NCBI RefSeq assembly: GCF_036971445.1
Contig: NC_091470.1
Coordinates: 33,976,001-34,040,000 of the forward strand
Reading direction: 5' to 3'
DNA from: Narcine bancroftii
Lineage: Eukaryota
Length of the DNA stretch: 64,000 nucleotides
In this document: positions 38,346 to 51,106 of the stretch, in pieces
How positions within the stretch are numbered: position 1 is the stretch's first letter
How the letters are laid out: every line of letters starts with the position of its first letter
Position numbers and translations under genes: made by a program
The notes under the pieces: generated by a model
Database searches by the model: none
What the model saw: only the letters and a program-made list of their open reading frames with translations
What the model was told of the DNA's origin: nothing

Positions 38346-38779
38346 TTATTTATAGATCAACATAGTTAACATTGTTAATGTGGATAAGGGCGATAGAAGG
38401 CTTTGGAAATTTGGCATGTACTTTAACAACTTTTACAGGTACACCATCAGAAGCATCATAGCTGGATACATATATACCCCTTTCCAATGACTATCAAGGA
38501 AATCCAAAAATAGTAAATAAGTTTTACTGGTTCAAAACAATGTCTCCAATATGACTGAAACCCCATATGCTGTGAAAGATTTCTGGAACTTGTATCTATT
38601 ACACAGAGCTGCAGAACACGACCCTTTCATCACCAGCGGTGGTCCCAATGCAGAGCTTGATATCTATTTATTTTCATATGCATCGTTCGCACGTGTGTTA
38701 TTTCTGGTTTTGCACCGAGGACCGAAGAATGCTCGTTTTGTGGGGTTGTATTTGTGCCATTGGATGCTAATAAACTTGA

Positions 38780-39033
38780 ACGAGACAAGGGCCAGACTCC
38801 CTCACCCAGAGTGTTCCTCGGGCCGATCTCAGCCCTCCGGCACTCTGTCTCCCCAGTGGAGAGGCCCAGCTCCATCGCCCCAGGGCCCAGCATTCCATCC
38901 CTTCGCTCAGCCGCTTCCTCTGTTGACGTCGTCGGGACGCGTGGGTGTGCGTCCCGGCTGCTGATTGGCTCGTGAGGTTTGACCCGGCGGCGGGAGGGGT
39001 CACGCCGCACAGGACGATGGTTCATTAGCCATC
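38780..39033 (+). promoter_or_regulatory. CpG-rich ATXN3 promoter / 5' UTR
   Basis: CpG island directly upstream of the ATG; TGACGTC CRE-like site (~38924), reverse CCAAT box CTGATTGGCT (38961-38970), GC boxes. Confidence 0.7.
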
Positions 39034-39057
39034 ATGGAGGCGATATTCCACGAGAAA
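39034..39057 (+). CDS. ATXN3: Ataxin-3 coding exon 1
   Basis: ATG GAG GCG ATA TTC CAC GAG AAA|GTAAGT = MEAIFHEK (cf. MESIFHEK). Confidence 0.94.
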
Positions 39058-39309
39058 GTAAGTTGATGGCGGAAATGATATTTTAAGGCGTCAGCGCCGG
39101 TGGGCAAATAGCCCGAGATGTTTTGGTGGATGGAGCTGATTCCTTTCTTGCAGGCCAGAGCTTGGTGCACGGGGAGGCGGGTGCTTGATGTTGGGTGTTT
39201 AAGGCTGCAGGTTTCCACGAAATTAACTTATCCGAGAGGTTGCAAGAATGGAACCCCGTTTAAAGAGATTGGAAACAGGACGATCTGTGAAGGGTTGACA
39301 CTGACTTGG

Positions 39310-39900
39310 AAGGGGGCGGGGGGGGAGTGGTGATGGGGAGGGGGGGAGTGGTGATGGGGAGGGGGGGAGTGGTGATGGGGAAGGAGGGAGTGGTGATGGG
39401 GAAGGAGGGGGAGGGAGTGGTGGTGGGAAGGGAGTGGTGGTGGGGAGGGACTGGTGGTGCGGAAGGAGGGGCGAGTGGTGCTGGTGGGAAGGGGGGAGGG
39501 AATGCTGGTGGGGAAGGAAGGAGGGAGTGGTGGTGGGAGGGGAGTGGTGGTGGGGAAGGAGGGGGGAGGGAGTGGTGGTGGTGGTGGGAAGGGGGGAGGG
39601 AATGGTGGTGGGGAAGGAGGGGCGGGTGGTGGGGAGGGAGGGGCGGAATGGTGGTGGGGAGGGAGGGGCGGAATGGTGGTGGGGAGGGAGGGGCGGAATG
39701 GTGGTGGGGAGGGAGGGGCGGAATGGTGGTGGGGAGGGAGGGGCGGAATGGTGGTGGGGAGGGAGGGGCGGAATGGTGGTGGGGAGGGAGGGGCGGAATG
39801 GTGGTGGGGAGGGAGGGGCGGAATGGTGGTGGGGAGGGAGGGGCGGAATGGTGGTGGGGAGGGAGGGGCGGAATGGTGGTGGGGAAGGAGGGTGGGTGGG
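39310..39900. repeat. G-rich tandem repeat in ATXN3 intron 1 with a homogeneous 25-bp block
   Basis: Unit GGGGAGGGAGGGGCGGAATGGTGGT repeated ~10 times at 39630-39885; degenerate variants upstream. Confidence 0.93.
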
Positions 39901-42590
39901 GGTTTCATTAGGAAACTTAGATGGCCAATAGCTCGATCAAAACATTTTTAATGCATGTCTTAATAAAAGACCTAAAAACTACCGAGGTAAGGTTTCACCT
40001 GATAAAGAACGATGGACCAAGGAAACATTCTACACTAATTTGTCACGGGAATGGGGTAGATGAGTTAGAGGCGAAATAAAGCTGTAAATTTCTGCATGGG
40101 AGGGTTGGAAGGCGGAATCTCATCCATTTTAACTCGCAAAATCTGATGAACAGAGGATGATTAATATGGGAATGTTGCCAGGTCTAACAACTCAACATTA
40201 CAAGGTTTGGAACCCCTGCAGGAAGAGGACAATGTTAAAGACAGGGCAAAAGTTAGTAAGTGGCCCATTATTGCAATAAGAAAGGAGGCTATTGTGGAGA
40301 CTATGTGATTGACACTTAGAAACAAAAATGGGCTGGAATTTTGCAGGGGGTGTTAAATGAGCCTCCAAGGAGTTAGTTGCACACGAAGGAACAGATATGA
40401 CAGGATAATCACAAAGAACAATAGTTGAGGAAACAAAGTTCCTGTATTTGAGGAAGACTGATGTCAATAGTACTAAAACAGGACTTCACGAAAGCAGTAG
40501 TAAATGAGATAGATTTTTTAATGTAGATTTGGAAATCTAGCACTCAAAGGGTTGACATATTTTCTTGATTTTCCTAATTTTTGCTGAATTATTTGATTCA
40601 ATTCATTAATTAGTTTAATTTTATTTAAGAAAGGGTAAGTAGAGGAGAGAAGTTGATGGAAGGATGGGTTGATCAGAGGATGGGATGAAGAAAGAGGGAA
40701 GGGATTAGGGTGAGTAGGGTGTTGGGATGAGGTCAAGCTATTTGAGTATATAGGAGCACTGGTGTGTGTGCTTGTTTGGATGTTACTTCTGCAGTATAGC
40801 TTGGTCATCAATTGTAAAGGATCTTGCCATTGGGTCATGAGTTCATGTAGATTGTTAAATATTAATGATGGAGAGGAGACAATGAAATTTTAAGTTGGTC
40901 TTGGGGGCTAACAATGAGTGCCCTGGAAGAAGTTACAAATGATGATCAGTTAAGATATAGGCAGCAATGGAAATAGGTTAACTTAGTGCTGGAAATATGT
41001 GGGTTTGAAGCTTAGATTGTTGAAATGGGACATACAAGATATTCATGTCAACCTGAACAAATGGGCAAATGAGTTTTTCTCAAGAGTATCATGTTATTGA
41101 AAGGAGGTTGTATGGGGACATGTTAAAGCAGTGGAATTTTCTCTATCATTTTCTGAGTTATTCATGGATCAGAGTGCACTTCAGTGTCTTGATTAGTAAA
41201 CCTGCCATAGGATCTTTGGGCAGTGCACAAAGGATGTTGTTCCATTGGAAAGCCCATTTTCCAAAAGAAACATTAAAAGCTACTGCTTTGTTTGCCCTCA
41301 ACAGTGCCAATGCACTATTTATCAAAATGCTTTGTTGTTCCAATGTTCCATGTTCCATTTATTGTTTAGCATCACTAAAATAGATTATTTGAAGTTTCTT
41401 CTTTCTACATTGCTATTTGTGAGAATTTATGGATTGATTACTGCTGAAACAGGAAAAAGAAATGTTGTCATTTCAAAATTACTGTGAGCTCGTTTAGAGC
41501 AACATGGTTATGGAAAAAGACAATTTATAATCTATTTTTTTTTCCCTCAAAGTCAGGTGATATTTGTGGAGTCCAGGATAATTCTGGAGATGCTGATAGT
41601 TATTATAGACAACCAGTCACAATGGAACATATTATGTCTCAAGAATATTACAATGTTAAGTCTTGATGGAAAAATATTTTATATCAAGATTTTTTATTAA
41701 AATATCTAACCTATTTCAGTACCACACTCCATTAGCTGGTATTCAAAATCAATGACTTATTTTTTCAAAAACAAAATTACATCAGAAACTGGAAATCTGA
41801 AATAAAATCAAAAGTGCTGAATGTACAATCCATGTCAATTAGTATATGTGAAGACAGTAAAAGAGTTAATGCATCTTGTAATAGGTTTTTGTGTCAGACC
41901 TGAAACCTGTATGCTCCAAAATACAGGCCCAAGTTTAATGCTTGTTTAATGCTTGTTCCAGTGGACGAATTTAGCTTTTCCTGTTAGACATTTATTTGGC
42001 ACCTTCTGGATGATTATATAATAAAAGATTTACTTCATTGTTGGAAATTACCAAAAACTCAGTTTATCTGCCTTTATAGTTGTCAAAACTGTACAATAAA
42101 TTTCAGGCTTGTTTTTTTTTTGCATTTGAGTGTTGGTGAAATGAGGAATATACTGTACAAACGTAGGCTCAAATATCAGAGGCTGGGTTGAAGGGAGCTG
42201 ACAGGGTTCTATTTATGCTAATTGCTAATGGGCAGCCTTCTGCCAGACAGAAATGATTACTTCCTCAAACAGCACTGATGAGTTTTACTGCGGCAAATAA
42301 TATTTGCAGTTGTCTGCTAATTTTTGTTTGTAGTGATAGATTTGCTTTGATCTGCAAGTGTAGATATATCTGTGTTTGGTCAGTTTGTTTGCCAATAATG
42401 TCTCTGGGGTCAGCATAGGCTGGCAAAGGAAAGACTCTGAAGAGTCTCTTACTTTGCTTCTCTTTCTCTCTTACTCTAAGAGGTACTGGGCAACACTCAT
42501 GGCTACTCTTTGTCTGCATTGCAGCAGGCAGAAGGCAATTTCATGTAATATCACCTGTTCTGTATGACAATAGAGGAATCTTGAATAAAT

Positions 42591-42850
42591 TTTTTAAATT
42601 TTAGACATACAGCACGGTAACATTGCCATTTCAGCCCATGAGTCTGAGCTGCCTAATTTACACCCCATTAACCTACACCCCCAGTACGTTTTGAATGGTG
42701 GGAGGAAACCAGAGCCCTCAGAGAAAACCCAAGTAGGTATGGAGAGAATATACAAACTCCTTACAGACAGCGCAGGATTCAAAGCCCAGTTCGGTCCTGA
42801 TTGCTGTCAGTGTAAAGGCATTGAGCTAACCACTATGCCAACTATGCCAC
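42591..42850 (-). mobile_element. HE1/V-SINE-like SINE, near full length
   Basis: Reverse complement gives GTGGCATAGTTGGCATAGTGGTTAGC head, B-box-like GCTTTGAATCC, shared core and A-rich tail. Confidence 0.8.
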
Positions 42851-43657
42851 CTTAATAATAAGTTACTTAATATTACTTTGCTTTACTTAATTCATCTTGT
42901 TAGCCTACGCCTTTGTGATGTGTTTCAACTTCACTATGCTTTGCAGTTCGTGGCAAAAAATTCAAATGAATAATTACTGTTAACAAAATGTTGGGAATCT
43001 GAAAACAGTTTATTCTATTTGATTCAGAAAGCAGGGTAATGTACCAAGGATGATGTCTGTGCTGTAATCTCATTGCCAATTTCTATTGTAGTTTTACTAT
43101 TAAATAATTAATATAGACTCTAAGATTGATCACTGCAATGTTTTTGCTTCATCTAGTTCATGCAGTCTGCTCTTCTAGATAATCAGTGCAGAAGGCCAGT
43201 TTTTGATGTTGCTCAGCTTGTTCCTTAGAAATGAGAAAGATGTTTCTGGTTCAGTTTTGTGAGTACTGAGTGATTTGTGCAGAATGTTCTACAGATGGGC
43301 AGGAGTTTGCTGGCAGGGAAGGCCTGTAGTATAAGATAGTGTGCTCTTTCTGCTTCTTGTCAGGGTTTCTATGTGTTCCTGATGCAAAGTTTTCAACATT
43401 ATCCTGATGCTGCTTTTAGTAGTCATGGATGCTCCCAGGAGTTGATGAGGATGGGGTACTACTTCAAAGAACCTTTGAGCACATGCATGCTTGTAGACCA
43501 TAGAAAATATAAAGTTGAGCTTTAATCCATCTTGGTAAGAAGAGAGAATTGGCTATTTAATTTAGTGAATATGTAGAGTCTTTTTGAAAAATATTGTGTT
43601 GGAGATTGCAGTCACTGACAATTTGAGTCTTTGTCTTTGTTCTGATTGGTTCTGCAG

Positions 43658-43822
43658 CAAGAAGGGTCCCTCTGTGCACAGCATTGCCTCAACAATTTGC
43701 TTCAGGGTGAGTACTTCAGCCCTGTAGATTTGTCCACTATTGCACAGCAATTGGATGAAGAAGAGCGAGCAAGAATGGCAGAGGGAGGAACTATGACAGA
43801 AGAATACAAAATATTTTTACAG
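43658..43822 (+). CDS. ATXN3: ATXN3 exon 2 (Josephin domain, catalytic Cys14)
   Basis: QEGSLCAQHCLNNLLQGEYFSPVDLSTIAQQLDEEERARMAEGG...FLQ; 165 nt; CAG / GTAAAG. Confidence 0.97.
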
Positions 43823-44609
43823 GTAAAGCTGCATCTTTAATCAAACTTCATGTATAATTGCAACAGTGTATAACGAGCAATAACTCCATATGGCAATTTG
43901 CCTCTCGGAAATAAGGGTAGGTTTGAGTTTTGCTCTGTAGACTTGAGCAACTAACTTTAGTTCTCACTTCAGTACTGTTATAAGAGATAATAGATCAAAG
44001 AGCATTATAACACAGTACAGCCCCTTTGGACCACGATGTTGTGCTGACCTGCAGTATGTTTATGTACTCAACAATCTAACCTTCCCTACCTCACATCCAT
44101 AACTCTTTATTTTTCTTGCATCCTTATGCCAAAGTGAGTCTTTTAAATGTCCCTATTGTACCTGCTTCCACCATCATGCTTGGCAATGCATTCCAGGCAC
44201 CCACTACTCACTGTGTGTGTGTTTATACAAAACAACAAGGATAATACCTTACCTCTGATGTCCTCTTTAAACTTTTTTCCCCTCACCTTGTACAAATGTC
44301 CTCTGGTATTTGCTGATATTTCCCTGGGGAAAATACACTGGCCGTCTCATAATATTGTAGATTATGCTGCATTGTTTGAGTTACTGTTATATTTGTTTTC
44401 TCAAATAGATGTAACAGATTCCAGAACACTAACTAAAGAAATGTTGTCTTTTGATATCCAAGCCAATGTTTTTATCACTCTCCTAGTGAAGCCAAGCCAA
44501 AGAAAAAGAGCACTACTTAAAAATATGATTTAGTTTTGATACTTAGCAATAGGTAATACAGCATTGAATTTGTGAATGACACCATAGAATTGCAGATCAT
44601 TTCTGTGTA

Positions 44610-44981
44610 CAGATAGACCCTGTCTTACAACGTCCTAACTTGCAAAGATACGATAGTCAGAATCAGGGACTTTTGGTTTCAAGTTATGATGTTTTCCCAC
44701 ACTTGCGATACACAGTACAGCTTTGTAATTTTTTTTCAGTTTAATTTGTGTTATAATAAAGGTTTTCAGTGTTTAAATAAAATTAAAATTTAAAGAATGG
44801 TTGTGTGCATTGCAGTAATTTTTTTTTCAGTTTAAATTGTGTTGTATAAAAGGTTTTAGTGTTTAAAATTAAATTTAAATTAAAAAAACACAGTAGAGGG
44901 CACTATTGTTTAATTTACGCTAATTTCATCTTACAATGCAAGTCCTAGAACAGAACCCTAAAGTAAGTAGGGGTCTACCTG
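44610..44981. mobile_element. Tigger-like MITE
   Basis: TIRs CAGATAGACCC / GGGTCTACCTG; TA on the left, TG on the right; internal ~90-bp tandem duplication. Confidence 0.55.
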
Positions 44982-46196
44982 TGTTAACTGGAGGGTCTTA
45001 TTTTAGCCACCGTAATTCAAAAGACTCATCTTAATTTTAATAACAAGGGAGAAAACAAAGTTCTATCCAAAAAAAAAAGGGTGTATAATTAAAACTTTTG
45101 CTTTGGCTATAGAACCCAATTTGCAATTGTAAAAATTTAAAGACTAACACTTTTGTAAAGTCACTTTTTTTTAACCATGCTGATCAAGTTGGCATTCTAG
45201 GCGAGGCCCATTTGCCTGCATTTGGCCCATATCCTTCTGAACATTTCCTATCCATTTATCTTTTGGAAATTCACAGATAGACTGCCCTCTGAATGGAAAA
45301 TGTTGCCCCTTGGGACACCTTGAAATTTCTTCCTTCCCACTTTAAACCTATGCCCTCTGATTCAAGAATTATCTATCCAGGAAAGAGAGTGAGCATTCAT
45401 TTTATCAATGTCCCTCATAATCTGTTATGATTTAGTCAAGCAGTATAAGGCAAGGTGCAGTGCTGTGGATTTTTCTGAATTACAGTAGTTGTGGATAGAA
45501 GCCATTTTCTCCAAGCATCTTCCTGTCTTTAAGGTTTTTTGAGTAATATCCTTTTAGCTGCCTATAATAGATACTTGCAATATCCTGAATAACTTTAATT
45601 CCTTTGCTTTGCTAGTTTATTTTTTCTTGGGTGGGAAAAAGAAAAGAAAATGATAAAGAAAATGTCTTCACCACTTGATGGTGTAGAGCATTGGAGTTTT
45701 CATTTACCATTTCCAGATAAAAATTGAGATTACTAAATTATTTGATCTGAAACTCTTGCTTGATCTATGTCATCAAGTAACACTAACCACAGACACAAAA
45801 TGTACTGATTGCTTTGTGAGCTTGTATTATTCTGTCAATCTGGGGCAGCAGTTTTGTTTAAAAATCATCTCCCCTCAAAAGGAATGCTTCTACTTCTGTC
45901 AGATCCTTTAGAAATTTTGAGTGGAGAGTTAGGTTTCTCTGAGTAATTTGTGTGATTAAAAATTAAATTTAAACTTGTGTACTTTGGTGCTGTTCTAACT
46001 TGCAGTAGTAATATTTTCCAGATGTTTAGCACAGGTTTATAGCCACTATATGAATCTTGTACATTGTGTGATGATTTTAGCTGTGTTTGATTTTAAAAAA
46101 TCAGTTCAAATTCATTTAGCACTGGTGCTTTAAGCCTTTTAGTCACTAAGATTGCTTGTATTATCCCACCTTTATGAATTTTCTCTTATTTTAAAG

Positions 46197-46241
46197 CAAC
46201 CGTCAGGAAATATGGACGATAGTGGGTTCTTTTCAATTCAA
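46197..46241 (+). CDS. ATXN3: ATXN3 exon 3
   Basis: QPSGNMDDSGFFSIQ; 45 nt; AAG / GTAAGT. Confidence 0.95.
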
Positions 46242-46949
46242 GTAAGTATATTATTTTAAACTTGTAACCAGTCTTTTTAAGTGTAAATCTAACTCTATTA
46301 GTCTCCTGACATCCATTCCTCATTTTTGACATGTTATTTGGAACTGATGAAGTTCCAATCAGAACTATCAAGTTCAATTAACTCTTGTGATTTAATTTAT
46401 CCTTGATCATTGTTTACTTGCACAATTTGTCTCATTTTAGCTTCTGATCAGTTTTACCACTTCATTTTCTTCATTAATTATGGTTAGGGCTGACTCTCTG
46501 TCAATTCCTTGATAATGGTTTCAACCTAAAACGAGCAGTGAGGACTGCCTTGAGGTATAATCATTGGAATTTGCAGAATTTAAATTTCTCTTTTTATCAT
46601 TTCCAACCTACAAATGATCTTTAGCCACATATAATGTTAAACATAATCTGCAGCCAAAATAACAATGAGGAACTGAAAATGTGGTTGAGTAAAGTTAGTA
46701 ACTTTGAACATTACTGTTGTAGGTGTTATAATTATGTGGTAGTAATTCTTCACTATATTTTATTGGCTATACATAATCAGGGCAATGGAATTAACCAAAT
46801 TTTGTATTCAGAATGGAATGTCTTATGGCCAGCATTATTTCCTTATCGATGTTAAGTTTTCAGTTGACAATAAAAAAAGTTATTTACCTGAAGGCATTCT
46901 GGCTGCTTATTAACCAAAAGATTTCATTTTTTTTTGTGTTTTGAGTAAC

Positions 46950-47830
46950 GAAACACAGTAACAGGCACTCAAAGCCACCATATCTTTGATGTCTATCAAG
47001 TACCCTTTTTTCGAAACCCTATAACTTTATTTGCTTTCGTAGCTCAAATATTTGTCTGGATGCTTCTTAAATGCAGTGAGAATATCTGCCTTCACAGGCT
47101 GTGTATTCTAGATTAATTGAATAATAAAATTCTTCCTCAGATCCCCTCTAAATCTCTTACTCCTCACCCTAAACTTGTAGTCTCTAGTTGTAAACTCTGG
47201 CCAAAAGTTTTCCACTACTTTATCTGTGTCCTGCATAATTATGACAATATTTTTTCAGGCTCTCCCTGAACATTCTCTGCTCCAAGAAAAATAAAACCCA
47301 TCCTTGCACAGACTCTCCTCATCATGGAAACACTCCATCCCAAGCAACATTCTGGTGAATATTTACTGCACCCTTTCCACTATAATCACCTCCTTTGTAT
47401 AATATGGCAAACAGAACTTGATCCAGTATTGCAGATGTAATGTAACCAATTGTATTGTAAAGTTGTATCATAACCTCTTTATGCCACAGTTCATGAAAAC
47501 CATCTTATCTACCTATGCTGCCACCTTCAGGAATCCTTGAACTCTGAGATACATGGAGATATCTCCATTCCTCAATATTCCCTCGACCCCAACCATTCAT
47601 TGTGTATGCCCTACCCTTTTGATCGAGCCAAACTGCATCACCTTGCATTTATCAGGATTAAATTCCAAGTGCCATTGCTCTGCTCATCTAACCTACTGAT
47701 CATTATGTAGCCTGTGAAAACATTTCTCATTATTAACAACAATTCTTGTTAATTGTGAACCAACTAATCACACCTTCTTCATTCTTTCCAAATTGTTAAT
47801 GGATACAAGGATTCTAGCACCAATACCTGT
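46950..47830 (-). mobile_element. Degraded CR1 LINE
   Basis: Minus-strand CR1 3' motifs (cf. 37085-37580); boundaries approximate. Confidence 0.55.
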
Positions 47831-48644
47831 TTAATTACAGTAAGATTACAATGGTCTGCTTCATGATTCTTTGGAAAACTCTTTAAGATTCAGCTTCTAA
47901 CTTACTGGGTTTTCTGAATTCAATTTAAAATACCAGGGCCCCGCTTCTTACAATCTTTTGAAGTTCACCAAGGCTGAGCTTCCTGCATTTCCTCAAAATA
48001 TACTGGTAAAATGTATTTTCTACTGTGTAACTTTTTAAAAGTAATTTTATAGTGTGTTAATAGGAATTGCATCCAAAGTCTTGAGTATACCAGAGTATGC
48101 AAATTTCATAGGTTTTTCAGTCACAACAGAAAAATCCTTCCCCACTGCTTATTGTCAAGAAGCACAGTAACAGGTACTTGAAACCATGATATCTGTGATG
48201 TCTATCAAGCACTCATCTTTCCAAACCCAATAACTTTCTTTGCTTTGATAGATGCTTCTTAAATGCTGTGAGAATATCTGCCAACTTGGGGGTCTTCTGG
48301 ATGACATTGCTATGTGGCACCTAGTCAAAGTTCCTACAGGAGTCAGTGTAGTTTTTGGCATCTGTATGCTCTTGTCCATGCATTTTGTTACTTAGAAAAA
48401 TTAAATTCCGTAGACATACTACTATCTTTAATTCATCCCCTCCTTTCCATTTGTGGATTAATCTTGTCATATAGAATTTGTTTCCCAGACCTGTAATTAC
48501 CTGACATTTCTACTGCTCTTTCTGAATAAAGAAGCACATTTACTCATCAATGATGGCCAATGAGCATTTTAAGTTGCTGCCAGGGCCCTGCAATCTCCTT
48601 CCTTGCCTCCCATAGCAATGTGGGATACATCTCTTTAGGTTTCC

Positions 48645-50085
48645 TTTTTAAATATTTTTTATCAGGCTTTCAAATAATAATAAACAAGTAAAAGCCATTA
48701 AACAGAGAAAGCACATAAAAAGGAATATACAGGTATAGTAATTATATGTAGAGAATCACTATCTCAACAAAGTACTTTAGCAAACAGACTAAAAGAAAGA
48801 CAAATTTGAACAAATCTAAAATGGCTAATTGAAAAAGACAAAAAAGACACTATCTACCCCATCCCTTCTGGAGTTGTTGGTAGTTGCATATATTTGCTAC
48901 CATATAGAAAAGACTAAAATCACAAAACAATATCTGAATGATCTTATAAATTATGAAAATAATTAATAAAAGTACCCCATAAATTAAAAAAATTACATTG
49001 GCAGAGCATCTGATTTTTTTTCCCAAAGTTAAACATTCCATCATATCGGATAGCTATTGAGGGGCAGCCATTTCCATTTCATCAGTATTAAAACATCTAG
49101 CAATAAGGGAAGCAAATGAGATAACATGGGATTGAGAGACTGTTAAATTCAAGTCAGTTATTTTAGTTAATCCAAACAGGGCAATTAAGGGATTTGGTCT
49201 CAATTTTACATTAAAAACTAAAGATAAGGTACAAAAACTATCTTCCCAAAAAAGGGAAAGAGAAGTACAAGACCAGAGCATGGGTAACAGTCCTGCTCCT
49301 GTCACATTGCAAAGAAGTGTTGGAATAAAATTTAGCCAATTGAATTGTAAAAGTGAGTGGCGGGCACAAAAAGAATTTAATATTTTTAAAATAGAATCCC
49401 ACGTAATATCCAAAAATGTAAGATGAATATCTAGGGAATTGACCCCAGACTTTAATAATAAATCAAATATAGCTGATTTTTTTTAAATTCAGTTTAAATT
49501 TGTAAATCATCCTTATAGTATTTATATAAATATCCTGAAGAAGTCTCAACAATAAAGAATTTTTTTTAAAAAAACCTCCTAATTTGTAGGTATCTAAGGT
49601 AGTAGTGCTTTGGTAGTTTGAATTTCTAAGATAATTGTTCAAATGAAGGTAAATTGTTATCAATAAATAAAACTTTAAAGGACTGGATACCCAACTTAAA
49701 CCATTCACTTAAAGTCGAGTCTTGCACAGAAAGGTGAGAAAAAAAAATCATTAAATAATATAGAGCTAGCAAGTAAAAAACTACGATATCCAAAAGATTT
49801 TCTAAATTGAAACCAGATTCTCAAAATATGTTTAACAACAAAATCATTGGTTAACTTAGAAGCTGAAAAAGGTAATGATGCTCCAAGTATTGAAATAAGA
49901 GAATATTTTTTAGCACAATTAATTTGTAAATTAATCCTATTTGGTGTCCATTCTGTCCTTGTAATGAATCCAAAATATGATTCATCTAATATTTGCTGCC
50001 CAATAGGAAAATCTAAAATTAGGTAGTGCCAAGCCTCCTTTGTTTTTAAGATTTTTAGAAAAACTTTACTAAGACAAAGATGCAA
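48645..50085 (-). mobile_element. L1-clade LINE 3' fragment
   Basis: VVKHILRIWFQFRKSFG, SFCARHSLLQF, MLWSCTSLSLFWE, PLIALFG motifs; poly(T) tail at ~48645. Confidence 0.75.
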
Positions 50086-50409
50086 CAAGTATTTACCAGA
50101 CTATTTCCTGGAATTGAAGGGCTGACGTGTGAAGGAAGATTGGATAGGCTAAGGATATGCACATTGGAATTGAGAAGAATGAGAGGATGCCATTGAGGTA
50201 CATAACATTCTGACAGGACAAGTCAGGTTAGATGTATGAGAGGAAACTTTTTCTCTCAAACTTATAAACAGAGTTCCTACCTCAGAAAGTTGTTGAGGCC
50301 ACTTTATTAGATTTATTCAAAGGGGAGTTGGATGTGGCCTTATTTCTCTTTCCACAGATGCTACCTAACCTGCTAGGTGTTTCCAATATTTTTTTGTTGT
50401 TGTATGCTA

Positions 50410-50873
50410 GAGTACAACTCCGATTATCCAAAATGGTAAGGACTATAACAAATCACTTGCAAGAATGTTTAAACAACAACAAACAACAAGGGAAGCATGA
50501 AATAATGTTTAATTCTCACCAGAAAACAACCTGAACAAAATAAATCCAACACCAAAAACTTGAAATTCTACTACGAGATTATTTCAAATAATTTTTCAAC
50601 CACTAATGTCAGTTTGCCTCCTTAAAAATTTCGGATAACTGAGGGCTTCTGATTGTTTTAGATATCCTCATTTATCCAAACTTTTTAGGAGGTGAAATGA
50701 CATCATTTTGGCTTCAGAATTTTTCAGATTAGTGAGGAGTTCTGATTTTTCTGAAATCCTCAATTGTCCAAAAAAATTTTTGGAACAGAACAGACATCAT
50801 TTCCAGGTCCAAAAAATTTCTGTTAACTGAGGATTTTTGGATAATCCGATTTTTGATAATTGGAGTTGTACTG
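50410..50873. mobile_element. Tc1/mariner (Tigger-like) MITE
   Basis: TA|GAGTACAACTCCGATTATC ... GATAATTGGAGTTGTACTG|TA; repeated subterminal GGATAA/TTATCC motifs. Confidence 0.75.
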
Positions 50874-51106
50874 TATTTTATGGTTGAGTTTTTTTTTGTT
50901 TCCAACTTGACAAAGTAAAAAATCAGTTTATTTGACCATTATGAATACATTTTCTTTTGCAATGATAGGCTATTTTACAGTTGGCTGGATCTGTTGAATG
51001 CTTTGTGAACAAGGATAATTAAAGATAAATTAGATGGTGTCTGCAGAAAATATCTGAATTATAGTAAACAATTGAAAAGCTTTTGCATAAATATTTTAAC
51101 CTACTA

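Noticed and set aside
39228-39951. Extensin-like or Gly/Trp-rich ORFs
   Set aside because: Translations of the G-rich tandem repeat in ATXN3 intron 1.
42770-42850. tRNA gene (A/B-box-like motifs; also at ~490-560, 33481 and 59540)
   Set aside because: These are SINE heads; no complete cloverleaf, and they continue into the SINE core.
46950-48285. ~140-bp direct repeat (46950-47095 vs 48163-48285) as an LTR pair
   Set aside because: Both look like diverged CR1 3' ends; no TG...CA termini or TSD.
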